This document shows positions 23,865-37,094 of a stretch of DNA of 64,000 bases, in pieces. The notes under the pieces were generated by a model. It saw only the letters and a program-made list of their open reading frames with translations, was not told the origin of the DNA and did no database searches. Origin of the DNA: Octopus sinensis (lineage: Eukaryota); assembly GCF_006345805.1 (NCBI RefSeq), contig NC_042997.1, positions 169,198,001 to 169,262,000 of the forward strand. The letters are read 5' to 3'. The position numbers were made by a program, and so were the translations under genes. The first letter of the stretch is position 1. Every line of letters begins with the position of its first letter.

Positions 23865-26689
23865 ATATATAAATATACATACATACGATGGGCTTCTTTC
23901 AGTTTCCATCTACCAAATCCACTCACAAGGCCCTGGTCAGCCCCAGGCTATAGTAGAAGACACTTGCCCAAGATGCTATGCAGTGGGACTGAACCCAGAA
24001 CCATGTGGTTGGTAAGCAAGTTACTTACCACACAGCCACTCCTGCGCCTACGTATGTATACATTTTCTTCATATATTATTATCAGCACTGTCTATTTTTT
24101 TTAACATGGCACCCACGCATATATTTACATATATATATAATGCAGATCGTCCATAAGAACCTGCTCTGACCACCCTATTCTCTCGCACTTTAGCTTCTTG
24201 ACTCCTAGCAAAAAGCTGATCCCATTTTCCCCAGGGCTCATAACCCTGTCAGATGCATGGCAACCTCAATAATGTTGGTGACACAATATAAAAAAAAGCA
24301 CCCATTACACACAGTAAAGTGATTGGCATTAGGAAGGGTGTCTAGCAGCAGAAACCATTCCAAAGCTCACATTGGAGCACAATGCAGTCTTTGGACTCAT
24401 CAGATCTTGTCAAATTGTCCAACCCATGCTAGTATGGAACACGGAAATTAAATGATAATGATGATGATGGTGATGGTGGTGGTGGTAGTGGTGGTGGTGG
24501 TGATAATGATGAGGTGGATGAGGATGATATATGGCTGCAATAATGATAGAGGTCTTATATTTTAAATCCTTTTGAATGAGATGGTTCAGTGAGCTGGCAG
24601 AATTGCTAATGTGTTGGAAAATGCTCAGTAGCAGTTCTTCCTGATCTTTATGTTCAGACTTCAAATTCCACTAAGGTCAGCTTTGCCTTTCATCCTTCTG
24701 GGGTTGATCCACTCAAGTACTGGGGTCAATGTAACTGACTTACTCACTTCCCTTCAAAAATGCTGACTTTGTGCCAAAATCAGAAAAATTGAAAAGAACT
24801 ACAGTAATCTCTCACCACATCTAGGTTCATCTATCGCAGTTTCATTATCATCATCGTTTAGCGTCTGCTTTCCATGCTAGCATGGGTTGGACGGTTCAAC
24901 TGGGGTCCTGGAAGCCAGAAGGCTGCACCAGGACCAGTCTGATCTGGCAATGTTTCTATGGCTGGATGCCCTTCCTAACGCCAATCACTCCGTGAGTGTA
25001 GTGGGTGCTTTTTACGTGCCACCAGCACAGGTGCCAGACGAGGTTGGCAAATGGCCACGATCGGAATGGTGCATTTTACGTGCCACTGGCACGGAGACCA
25101 GGCGAGGCTGGCAACGGCCACGATCAGATGGTGCTTTTTACGTGCCACCGACACGGAGGCTCATCGGGACAGCGCTGGCAACGGCCACGTTCGGATGGTT
25201 CTCTTACGTGCCAAAATCGATTTCGATTTTGATTTTCACTTGCCTCAACAGGTCTTCGCAAGTAGAGTTTTGTGTCCCAAGAAGGGAAGGTATGCATAAG
25301 TGGACTGGCTACATCCCAGGTAGAGGCCACAGGTTAGGGTCTCACTTGTCCTGCTGGGTCTTCTCACGCACAGCATACTTCCAAAGGTCTCGGTCTCTAG
25401 TTTATTATTTAGATTTACGTCGAAGCCTCCATATAGAACTGTTTCTATTTTGCGGGGGGGGGGGGGGTTACAACGTAACACCTGCGATAGTTGAGGGATT
25501 ATGGTATTCATATTATGTGATTATGATAACAATTCTTAATAATTAATAATCATGTTATGTAATAACTATTAGTGATTATTGATAAGTATGTCATATAAAT
25601 TGCTATTACTATATATATAGTTACGTAGCTGTATTCATTCATGGTTGTTACCAAAACAGCTGTTGAAATATCAAATGAAATTTTAAAATATTGAAGATAT
25701 TGTTTGCATTTCTATTTCTTCTAATGTATACTTCCAGACATTTTTTGTAGGCAATTATAAACTGGATGTGATGTCGCATATGCTTTTGATCCAATTTTAT
25801 ATTTTTATTAAAGTTGAAATAACTACTGAGACCATATATTTACAGATGCAAATAGAATGCTTTGCACTATATTTGTTCTGGCTCTCTGTACTATGACTTC
25901 AAATCTGACAAAGATCAACATTGCCTATCATTCTTCTGTGATCAATAAAGTACTAGTGAAGAACTAGAACCAATTCTTCCACTTCTCTCTCCTTCTTTAG
26001 TCAGCTATGCTGCACAATTAAGAGGATTGTGGCAGTCAAGATTTGTAGTCTTGCAAACTGTATGTTGGCCTCATTAGTGCTGGTGGTATGAACGAAGTAC
26101 CCAGTACAAGCTCAAAAGCAGTTGGCATTAGGAAGGGCATCTATCTGTAGAAACCATGCCTAAGCAAATATTGGAGTATGATGTAATGTTGAGGTCCTTC
26201 ATATTCTGTCCAACTGTTCAATCCATGCCAGCATAAAACATGGACATTAAGTGATGATGAGGATTCATCTATACCTATATCTCATCATCATCATTATCAT
26301 TTAGTGTCTGTTTTCCATGCTGGCATGGGTCAGACAGTTTAATTGGAACTTGTAAGCTGGAAAGCTGCACCATGCACCAGTCTGTTTTGGTTTGGTTTCT
26401 ACAGCTGGATGCCCCTCCTAATGCCAACCACTTGATAGAGTGTACTGGGTGTCTCTTTTGTGTCACTGACACAAGTGCCCTTTGTGTATCACCAACATAG
26501 GTGCCCTTTATGTGTTGCTGGCATGGATGCCTCCCATGTGTCACCAGCATGGGTACCTTTAATGTGTCACCAGCACAGGTGCCTTCTACATGCCACTGGC
26601 ACGGGGGCCTTCTATTGGGTCTTCCCATAAATAATGTGTCTTTTTTATATTTCTTTTATTTTTTCAAAATTAAGATAAACTTAGTTCTT

Positions 26690-27600
26690 TTTTAATCTAA
26701 AATATACTTTCATTTTCCACAATGCTCTTCTATCTATCTGGTAGACTTGCAAGGCTCCTCTTCCAAAATTTACTTGTCCGTGATGAGAAATACTCCTCCA
26801 GTATTGGTCTGACCTCATCTACAGAATTCATATTTTTTCTGTCCAAATGATTTTGAAGACTGCAGAATAAATGATAATCAGATGGGGCAATGTCCAGTGA
26901 ACATGGTGGATGGGGCATCGTTTCCCATTCAAACTGCTCCAGCCTTTGGAATGTCATCCTTGCTGTATGTGGCTGAACATTATCCTGATGGAAGAACACC
27001 CTTCGTCTTGAAACTAAAGATGGTCGTTTTTCCTCTAGCACTAACTAAGACTGCTCAAGCTTCATTGTAAATCTCCTTTGTTATCATTTGGTTTGGGTTT
27101 AAAAGTTCAAACTGGACTAAACCTTTCATATCCCACCAGACAGATAACACCTTATATGGGTGAGGATTTTCTGTAGCTTGGGGTGCTGGTGTTTCTCTTT
27201 TCCTGCTCATCTTCAGAGCTTGACATTTTTATAGAGAACTCATTTCTTGTTACCAGTCACTATCTGGTCAAAAAAAAAAAAAGGTTCATTCATGCGACAT
27301 GACAGCAAAGAAGAGTATACATTCACTTTCTGTGTGTGATTAGACTCGGAAAGTTAATGAGGAACCCATTGACCCAATTTGCTGACATTTCCAATGGCAC
27401 ACAGGTGTCGATGAATGGTTGAATGACCAAATCCAAGCTTCTCTGCTTGTTCCTCAACAGTTACGATGGGATTTTGTTCCACCAGGGTTTGCAGGATGCT
27501 CTCCTCGAGCTCTACAGATCTTCCAGGACAAAGCTCTAGGCTGCAGTTTCCAGCTTGGAATGGTTTTACATGGCACTGCATGGGTGCTAGACACACTCAT
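26690..27600 (-). mobile_element. Degenerate mariner (Mos1/Hsmar-like, DD34D-type) transposase
   Basis: PGRSVELEE..LGFGHSTIHRHL..KLGQWVPH; FFHQDNVQPH..HPPCSLDIAPSDYHLF. Confidence 0.92.
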
Positions 27601-27848
27601 AGTAATTCTTTCTTTAGTGATGTAGAAGAGCTAAGTAAAATAGCCACCACTTCTCAGAAAAAAAAAATGATTATGCCATTGCAATCATTCAAAGACATAC
27701 TGATGCGCAGTACAACTCAGAAAGGTAATACAAATGAGTATTTATTCATCTATACAACATTGAAAAAACAAATATAAAAATTCTACATCAGCAGAAAACT
27801 TATCAGCAAACCATTTCCATATAGAAAGGTATAGTGAATCTTACTTAC

Positions 27849-27918
27849 CATAAGGTAACGACTTTTGGAGTCATTGGTTTCATAGGCATACAATATTTCC
27901 GAGTGAGTCCAAAATCAG
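27849..27918 (-). CDS. CDK10: CDK10 coding exon 8 ([24 protein letters not shown])
   Basis: 70 bp, AG/GTAAGT; DFG motif and T-loop MTPKVVTLW. Confidence 0.97.
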
Positions 27919-29778
27919 CTAAAATTAGAAATGGCAATGAAAACACTCTCAAAATAAAATTAATTATTGATTAGAATTTTTCCAATCTTTGCATACAAAA
28001 TAACAAACTGTATAAAATCTCCCTAAGAATTCCCCTATCTGGTTTCTTGATTTGCATAAATAGCAACACAATCTCCCTGTAATCTCACTCTACAGTATTT
28101 AAGGAATAAAAGGATGCATTGTATAATGTAATCCTAGATACCTACGTCAGAAAAACAGATGCAGCAGTCAAGGCAACAACACTTTTGATCATGGCTCTGC
28201 CCAAACAGGGCTGACCTAGGGACAATTAACAGTAAGCCATTTATTACCACAAAATACAAATCTTTTAATAATTAAGCTGATGAGTTACTTTTTTACTTGC
28301 TTCAGTCATTAGGTTACGGCCATACTGGGCCACCACCTTGAAGAACTTTTGGTCAAATGAATTGATTACAGCTCATATTTTTTAAAAACCTGGTACTTAT
28401 TCTATCAATCTGTTTTGCTAAAGTGCTAAGTTATGGGGACACAAACACACCAACACCAGTTATCAAGTGGTGGTGCAGGAGAAACACAAAGGCACACATA
28501 CACATATACAACATGATTCTTTCAGTTTCTTATTTCTTTATTGCCCACAAGGGGCAAAACATAGAGGGGACAAACAAGGACAGACAAACGGATTAAGTCG
28601 ATTACATCGACCCCAATGCATAACTGGTACTTAATTTATCGACCCTGAAAGCATGAAAGCAAAGTCGACCTTGGCGGAATTTGAACTCAGAACTTAACGG
28701 CAGACAAAATACCGCTAAGCATTTCACCCAACGTGCTAACGTTTCTGCCAGCTTGCCGCCTTTCTTTCAGTTTCTGTCTACCAAACCACTCACAAGACTT
28801 TGGTCAGCCCAAGGTTATAGTAGAAGACACATACCCAAAGTGCCACACAGTAGGACTGAACCCAACACCAAGTGGTTGGGAAGCAAAATTCTTACCGCAC
28901 AGCCCAAATTTAAATATTTTTACAATACATTGATATTTCATTGATTATGTATGGATTAAAGATAAAAATCCATTTGAATATGCACTTAAAGCTCAAATGC
29001 TGCACCAAAAACTGTTTGGATTCCATATCATTGTGCTATCACCTTTTCAATGAGAGCAGCATCAGATTGATGAATTTCATAAATCTGACCTTTTGCACAT
29101 TGTTGGAACATGCATTTTCATATCTGAATGCTTTACTTTATCCATTGTAAGATAAGCAGATCAGACCTGAAGAAGTATGTACCTTGGTTATGATTATGAG
29201 ACAAAGAACATTTTACTCATCAGTCCAACAACTCAACCTCTCGTTCATTACAACTGATGTTTAAATATTCTAATATGCTGACCCAACTGTTTGCAATCAA
29301 TCTAAAATTTCTCATAGGCTCAGGCATGGTTGTGTGGTTAAGAAGCTTGTGGTTCAGTCCAACTGCACGGTACCTTGGGCAAGTGCCTTCTAGTATAGCA
29401 TTGAACCAACTAATGCCTTGTGAGTGAATTTGGTAGATGGAAACTGTGTGGAAGCCCATCATGCATGTGTGAGTGTGTGTCTTTGTTCCATGTTTATCCC
29501 CCACAAACTACTTGACAACCAGTGTTAGTTTGTTTCTGTTCCTATAACTTATCAGTTTGGCAAAAGAGACTGATAGAATAAATACCAGACTTTAAGAAAG
29601 TAAGTACCGGGGTCAATTTCTAAAGGAGGTGCTCCAGTCTGGCCACAGCCCAATGAATGAAACAAATAAAAGATAAAAGACAGCTCTGAGAAAAATTATG
29701 CCTGCTATATCATACAGATTCAGGAAGCAAATGAGATTTTTAAAGGAAACGAAAACAAAGTGAAATATGAAATCTTAC

Positions 29779-29831
29779 CTATTTTTACACAACCTTCATC
29801 AGTCATAAGAAGATTAGAAACTTTAAGGTCT
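29779..29831 (-). CDS. CDK10: CDK10 coding exon 7 (R-DLKVSNLLMTDEGCVKI-A)
   Basis: 53 bp, AG/GTAAGA; HRDLKVSN catalytic loop. Confidence 0.97.
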
Positions 29832-30019
29832 CTGCAATAAAGAAAAATTATAAACATGAAGAATGATATTGGTTCTTTGTTGTGTTGTAAATAAGCATTA
29901 ACTATTTTGCAGTTGTATTTGGTAAAAGATCAGATCTGAAATTACAGTGTGGGGAAACTGAAACAACTGCATAGCAGTCATGATCACCATTTATCTACAA
30001 TATGTAGAGGAACATACGT

Positions 30020-30568
30020 CCTGGATATGACTTTAAACAGAATCCCTGTTAGCCACTATTGTTCCCAGGTCTATTCTGATCCTGAGTAGTAGCACCTGTC
30101 TGGGACACAGCTATGAGTTAATTAGCATGCTATGGAAGAAACTCCAAGCACAGACCCTTACTGTCTTGTGAGTGCCTCGGGTAAGGAAACAGCTTTGAGC
30201 AATGTGGAACCATCTCTTAGCCACTGTTGTTCCCAGGTCTTCTATAACCCAGAGTAGTAACACCTGTCAGGGTTAGCTATGGATTAATTTGCATGTTATG
30301 GAAGAAAAGTCCAATCCCAAACCCTCACTGACTTGTGAGTGCCACGGGAAAGAAAATGACTAATGGAGTCAACTTTGACAGCAGGTCAATGAGTGGTCCC
30401 TTAAGTCGCCCGGTGCTTTCTTTGACACCCTTCTGGGAACTCCAGAGCAGTTATGACGCTCTAACTTTGTAAGACGATTCACTGAAGAGAAGGGCCACTC
30501 TAATATAAATCTTACAACTTGCTGGTCACTGCAGCCATCTTACTCCACTGAACCACTGTGATCAGACC
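30020..30568 (+). repeat. Unclassified interspersed repeat with an internal 168-bp tandem duplication; homolog at 56265..56510
   Basis: ttagccact(a/g)ttgttcccaggtc at 30049 and 30217; cttgtgagtgcc..gagtcaac..gacagc..cccttaagt..acccttctgg shared with the 56270 region. Confidence 0.8.
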
Positions 30569-30707
30569 TTCAAGTCTATTATATTTACAAAAGTAAATAT
30601 AACAGTTTTAGTGTATTATAAATGGCTCCTATAACTCCACTGCATACAATTGTATGATTAACTATATTCTAGTTTATTTTTTAAACACTCTTAAATTGTA
30701 TACATAC

Positions 30708-30775
30708 CGATGGATAATACAGTTTTCATGCAAATACTGAAGTCCTTTAAAAACTTGAAGCATTATAGATTTCAC
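30708..30775 (-). CDS. CDK10: CDK10 coding exon 6 (VKSIMLQVFKGLQYLHENCIIH-R)
   Basis: 68 bp, AG/GT, phase-consistent. Confidence 0.96.
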
Positions 30776-31898
30776 CTGCAATTACAGTGAAAAACAATCT
30801 CTCTAAATTATGCAAATAAAAATCAAATTAGCAAGTCAATTCTTAATATAATTTATATTTACATTATGAAACTGTGGGAGCTTCAATAAAGGATGAAATA
30901 AAGTATGAAATAAATCATTTTAATGGTGAATCTCAAAGTGAATGCAAAGTGAATAACAGTATATAATTTCATCATCATCATTCACCATCATATTCACTTT
31001 TCCCTGTTTGCATGGATCAGAAAGAATTTACTTGAGGTGTTTGTGTGTGTGTGTATATATATATATCACATATCATATAGATCATATATCATATATAAAT
31101 ACATGTATAGATAGATAGATATACATACAATAGGCATCTTTCAGTTTCTATCTACCACATCCACACACAAGGCTTTGGTCAACCGAAGGCTATAGCAGAA
31201 GATACTTGCTCAAGGTGTTCTGTTACAGTGTATTGTAAGAGGCAACAGGAAGGGCATCTGCCTGCCAAACATTGCTGTAGAAAACCCATCAAACCCATAC
31301 TAACACACAAAGTAGATGCAAAGTGATGATGATGATGTAAATAAGCAATAATTATGTTACTGACAGACAACAAATATATTAATTTATTCTCTAGTTTGAT
31401 CTTAGTCATTAGGCTTTGGCCATGCTGGAACAATCATATTTATGTTTGGTTCAATACCAGCAATTATCTTAGACTGATACTTATTTTATTGGCCACTGTT
31501 TGTTTAATCAGTAAGTTACTGGACATAAAAAGAAAGGAACACAACAAACAAAACCAACTTTTAAGCCTGTGTTAACATATACATGGACATAAGCACACAG
31601 ACATATATTTATGTGTGCATATATTTGTGTGTGTGTGTGGTGTGTGTGTGTGTGTGTGTGTGTACGGGTAAATATACAAATTTATGTATATGTATGTGCG
31701 TGTGTCTTATGCATAAAGGAGTGGCTGTGTGGTAAGTAGCTTGCTTACCAACCACATGGTTCCGGGTTCAGTCCACTGCGTGGCTCCTTGGGCAAGTGTC
31801 TTCTACTATAGCCTCGAGCCGACCAAAGCCTTGTGAGTGGATTTGGTAGACGGAAACTGAAAGACGCCCGTCGTATATATATATATATATATATATAT

Positions 31899-34035
31899 GT
31901 CTGGTAGTGTCGGCTATAGCCTAGTCACCCGTATAGTTAATCAGGTGATACACAAAGGGGTCATACCCAATGACTGGTGTAGCAGTATAATAGTCAACTG
32001 CTACAAAGGTAAAGGTGATGCCCTAGATACAAATAACTACAGAGGTATCAAGCTGTTGACCAGGTGATGAAGGTTACGGAGAAGGTCATAGCCCAACTAA
32101 TTAGAGAGAGAGTTAGTTTAGATGAGATGCAGTTTGGGTTTGTGCCAGGGAAAGTACTACTGATGCTATATTCCTGGTAAGGCAGCTGCAGGAGAAATAC
32201 CTAGCCAAAGATAAGCCCCTGTACCTGGCTTTTGTTGACATGGAGAAAGCCTTCGAGGGTCCCCCCGATCCCTTATCTGGTGGGCAATGAGAAAACTAGG
32301 GATAGATGAATGGTTAGTGAGAGCTGTGCGGGCCATGTATAGGGACGCCGCTAGTAGGGTGAGGGTTGGAAATGAGTACAGTGAAGAATTCCGGGTAGAG
32401 GTAGGGGTCCACCAAGGCTCAGTCATAGTCCTCCAGGCAATAACGGAGGAATTCAAGACAGGATGCCCTTGGGAGCTCCTCTATGCTGATGACCTTGCTC
32501 TAATTGCTGAGTCGCTATCAGAACTGGAGGAGAAGTTTCAGGTGTGGAAACAAGGATTAGAATCGAAGGGCCTCAGAGTCAATCTAGCTAAAACCAAAGT
32601 CGTAATCGGTAGGAAGGTAGACAAATCACAAACACAAACACCTTCAGGTAGATGGCCCTGCTCGATCTGTAGAAAAGGTGTAGGTAGAAACTCTATAAGA
32701 TGCACCAAGTGTAAGCTATGGACACATAAGAGATGTAGCATGTCAAAGGAAGGCTAACTAGGAATGGTTTTTGTATGTGGCAGATGCTCAGGAACAATAA
32801 ACACTGAAAATGCTCTGAGACCAACTTCCGTCACTTTCCAGGGAGAAAAACTAGAAATAGTTGATAGTTTCCGTTACCTAGGTGACCAAGTCAGCAGCGG
32901 GGCGGGTGTGCTGAAAGTGTAACTGCTAGAGTAAGAATAGCTTGGGCAAAGTTCAGAGAGCTCTTACCTCTGCTGGTGACAAAAGGCCTCTCGCACAGAG
33001 TGAAAGGCAGACTGTATGATGCGTGTGTACGAACAGCCATGCTACATGGCAGTGAAACATGGGCCGTGACTGCTGAGGATATGCGTAAGCTCGCTAGAAA
33101 TGAAGCCAGTATGCTCCGATGGATGTGTAATGCCTACTCACACTCGGCAGAGTGTAAGTACCTTGAGAGAAAAGCTGGACCTAAGAAGCATCAGTTGTGG
33201 GTGTGCAAGAGAGACGTTTGCGCTGGTATGGTCATGTGGCGAGAATGGATGAAGATAGTTGTGTGAAAAAGTGCCACCCCTAGCGTTGAGGGAACCTGTG
33301 GAAGAGGCAGACCCAGGAAAACCTGGGACGAGGTGGTGAAGCACGACCTTCGAACTTTAGGTCTCACTGAGGAAATGACTAGAGACCGAGACCTCTGGAA
33401 GTGTGCTGCGCGAGAAGACCCGGCAGGACAAGTGAGTGCACAACCCGTGGCCTTCTACATGGGATGGAGCCAGCCTACGTATGCATACCTTCCCTTCTTG
33501 GGACACAAAACTCTACTTGTGAAGACGTGTGTGAGCAAGTGAGGATCAGAATCGAAATCGATCAATGGAAATTGCGGATGTGCTACCAGTGCCGGTGGCA
33601 TGTCGAAACTCTGCTTGTGAAGACCCATTAGGCAAGTGAGGATCAGATCGAAATCGATCATGGAAATCGATCAATGGAAATTGCAGATGTGTACCAGTGC
33701 CGGTGGCATGTAAGAGAACTTTCCGTTTCGCGACCGTTGCCAGCACCGCCCCGTTTCGTGTCCGTTGCCAGCCTCGCCTGGCCCTCGTGCCGGTGGCACA
33801 TAAAAAGCACCATCCGTTCGTGGCCGTTTGCCAGCTCTGTCTGGCACCAGTGCGGGTGGCACGTAAAAAGCACCCACTACACTCACGGAGTGGTTGGCGT
33901 TAGGAAGGGCATCCAGCCGTAGAAACACTGCCAGATTGACTGGGCCTGATGAAGCCTTCTGGCTTCACAGACCCCAGTAGAACCGTCCAACCCATGCTAG
34001 CATGGAAAACGGACGCTAAATGATGATGATGATGA
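31899..34035 (+). mobile_element. 5'-truncated RTE LINE (RT domain, C-terminus, 3'UTR, (GAT)n tail) inserted in a family A SINE (31715..31898 and 34036..34240)
   Basis: YRGIKL..MQFGFVPG..FVDMEKAF..VGVHQGS..ELLYADDL..RLRW.GH; several 1-2-bp frameshifts. Confidence 0.95.
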
Positions 34036-34263
34036 TATGTATGAGTGTGTATTCGTTTGTGTGTCTGTGTTTGTCACCCCAACATTGCTTGACCACTGAT
34101 GTTGGTGTGTTTACGTCTCTGTAACCTAGCAGTTCGGCAAAAGAGACCAATAGAATAAGTACTGGGGTCGATTTGCTCGACTAAAGGCAGTGCTCCAGCA
34201 TGGCCGCAGTCAAATGACTGAAACAAGTAAAAGAGTAAAGGACTTTTTAAAAAACATGCATAC

Positions 34264-34345
34264 CTGTGCTTCTGAAAAAGGAGCTTGCATATTATCAAGC
34301 AGAGAGGCAAGATCTTGTTCACAATATTCCATCACTAGAAATATA
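34264..34345 (-). CDS. CDK10: CDK10 coding exon 5 ([28 protein letters not shown])
   Basis: 82 bp, AG/GT, phase-consistent; hinge region. Confidence 0.97.
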
Positions 34346-36670
34346 CTGAAATGGACAAAGATATACTAGAGTATAATATGGAATTTTCACATAACATCAT
34401 TATTTAACATTCACATTTCCAAGCTTGCATTGGTTGGATAGAAGCAGATTTTCAATGGCTGGATCCCCTTCTTGATGTTAATCCTCACCAAGCAAGGTAA
34501 TTTTTTCTCCAAGGCCAGACACATTCTCTCAGAATATTTGAAATGAATGATGCTGCTTGTGTGACAGTGACTTTCATTTACAACTATCACAGAATATCAA
34601 GTCAAAGACACACACATGCATACATATATATATATTTATATGTAGTTAAGTCTATGTTTGGTTACAAAGTGGCCAATGGTTTTGCATCCACAAATAGCTT
34701 AACCCCATGTATGGCTTATCACACTGTAAAGCTGAAGACAAATGTAATTCATCATCTCTGGGAGGTAGGAATCCGTTACAGTCAGTTGGTCAGAAAATCA
34801 CCAAAGAACAAACACTCCAAGTCGGTGAGGATGGGTTATTTCCCTTAAACCATTTCCTCAGGGTCAAAAAAAAGCAGGAACAGAAATTTTCCCTCGGGTT
34901 ACATTTAGTTTGTCAGGATCTTTTCGGTTCTAATCGGAGAACGGAGAATCCCATGCTTGCAGTAGATAGCATTTGAAATGGATGCAAGGACTATAAATTT
35001 CCTAGCGAGTGTTCAGTGATCCAGGTTTTAGGGAATCTTTGAGAATCCTTGTTCACTCAGCTATACAAAGCTCACAGCATCTGCTCCCATTAATGTACTA
35101 CTCTGCACTACTTCCTGAGCCACTCTTATATCTCCCAGCTTACCCCTCTACATACTAGTATTTCTCATCATCTGCACCCCTACCCTTGTTCACTATATTA
35201 ACATCTACCCACCAGTATTGCCTGACTGGCACCTGTGCCAGTAGCATGTAGAAGCACCATTCGAGCATGGTCTATGTCAGTGCCGCTTGGCTGGCTCCTG
35301 TGCTGGTGGTACATAAAAAGCACCATCAAGCATGGTCGTTGCCAGTGCTGGTGACATGTAAAAAGCACCATTCAAGTGTGGACGGTGCCAGCACCGCCTG
35401 ACTGGCCCTCGTGCCTGTGGCATGTAAAAATCACCTGCTATACTCTCAGAGTGGTTGGCGTTAAGAAGGGCATCCAGCTGTAGAAATTTTGCCAGATCAG
35501 ATCGGAGCCTGGTACAGCCTTCTGGCTTGCCAGTCCTCAGTCAAACCATCCAACTCATGCCAGCATGGAAAGTGAAGTTAAACGACGATGATGATGACAT
35601 ACACACACATATGATAGGCTTCTTTCAGTTTCTGTCAAGGTTTTGGTTGGTCTGGGGCTATAGTAAAAAACACTTGTCCAAGGTGCAATGCAGTGTGACT
35701 TGATCCAAAGCCATGTAGTGGAAAGCAGACTTCTTAACCATACAACCATGCCTGCACCTATTATTTCTTTTTCTTAGAGACCAAACAGCCACTCATTCCA
35801 GACAAATATAAATAAAACAAAACACATATATACAGAAAAGCTGTAGTACCAATAGTTTCATAAACTCCAAATACTATTCAGGAATTGCACATTACCAATG
35901 ATAAATAAAGGAACACCAACTGTTAAATTCTGACTGAATTCACTTCACATGCCTCTGTTGTGGCCACCATCAGAATTTAAAGAGATAAAGAAATGGATCA
36001 TGACTGGAATTTCTGACCATGAATTTTTAGTCATTCAATCAGGTGCATTAACTGCTTATTGAATTAGCATGCAGATATGGTTGAATATTCCACTGATGTG
36101 TACAGTTAACTTAATCCTCAGGCAGAATTAATATATGTGTGTGACAAGGCTAGAACTTTGTTTTACAGATACGATACATTTAATGGGTTTCCAATCAATT
36201 TCTCTAAACCCAGTTTCATTCTCGAAGCTTGGCTCAACATGAGGCTATAATGAAAGGTACTGTGGGATCAAACCTGGAATCTTGTGATAGCAGAGTAAAC
36301 TTCCTAAGCATTCAACCATACTTCATCAACCAGAATTTACAAATATACAAAAACAGACAAGAAAGTGTAGAAAGTAAAAAATATTCAGACTGCAACACTG
36401 CATCCATATAATTAACTATTGCATGTCAAAGTGAACAATTTGGTTGTTAGCTACGTGTAAGCACAATATATCAGTGAGTGTAGACAACAGAATTGTGAAT
36501 AAAAGCAAATCATTCTTTCCATTATATATATATATATATATATACAACAGATGCTCAACTAAAGTTAACCTAGAACTTTACAACAATGTATTAGTGGCAG
36601 TCATTGTAAACTGTATATAGAGAAAGTGCTTAAGAGAAATAAGCATTAAAAAAAACCCAGAAAAATCTAC

Positions 36671-36773
36671 CTGTCAAGACTTTTACCAACAACCACTTCT
36701 TGTAGTTCAACTATGTTTTCATGGCGTAGATTTAGAAGTATATTAATTTCTCGAAGACCACTGATAGGGATTC
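36671..36773 (-). CDS. CDK10: CDK10 coding exon 4 ([35 protein letters not shown])
   Basis: 103 bp, AG/GT; PISGLRE cyclin-binding helix (PISSLRE in human CDK10). Confidence 0.97.
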
Positions 36774-37094
36774 CTGGTAGAATACAAGTTTTAAAAAATA
36801 ATTTAGTAAAGAGAAAGAGTTAGAATAAAGAGTTGGAGCAAATGAATGAAAACATCAGGAAATTATGTTATATTGTTTTAATCACTGCTTTAATGAGTAC
36901 TGTAATGTTTATATTTAGATGAGGAAGTCTAATAAGATCAAAACATGCCTGAATTTATCTCCATTATTTGCTGAAATGATTAATATACCATTAGACACTG
37001 AGCAAATGTTGCATTTTCTTCAATACTTATAATTATATTTGTAATTAAATTTCCTGTGCTCACCACTTTAAATACAATGACACTAACTTAACTA

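Noticed and set aside
29160-29230. CTGAAGA (+) and CTGATGA (-) heptamers close together
   Set aside because: Neither has a helix II followed by GAAA, so they were not counted as HHRs.
33940-33975. CTGATGA-a-GCC-ttct-GGC in some RTE tails, resembling the first half of an HHR
   Set aside because: It is followed by TTCAC rather than GAAA, and other copies read cctggtgcagcc, so the core is not conserved.
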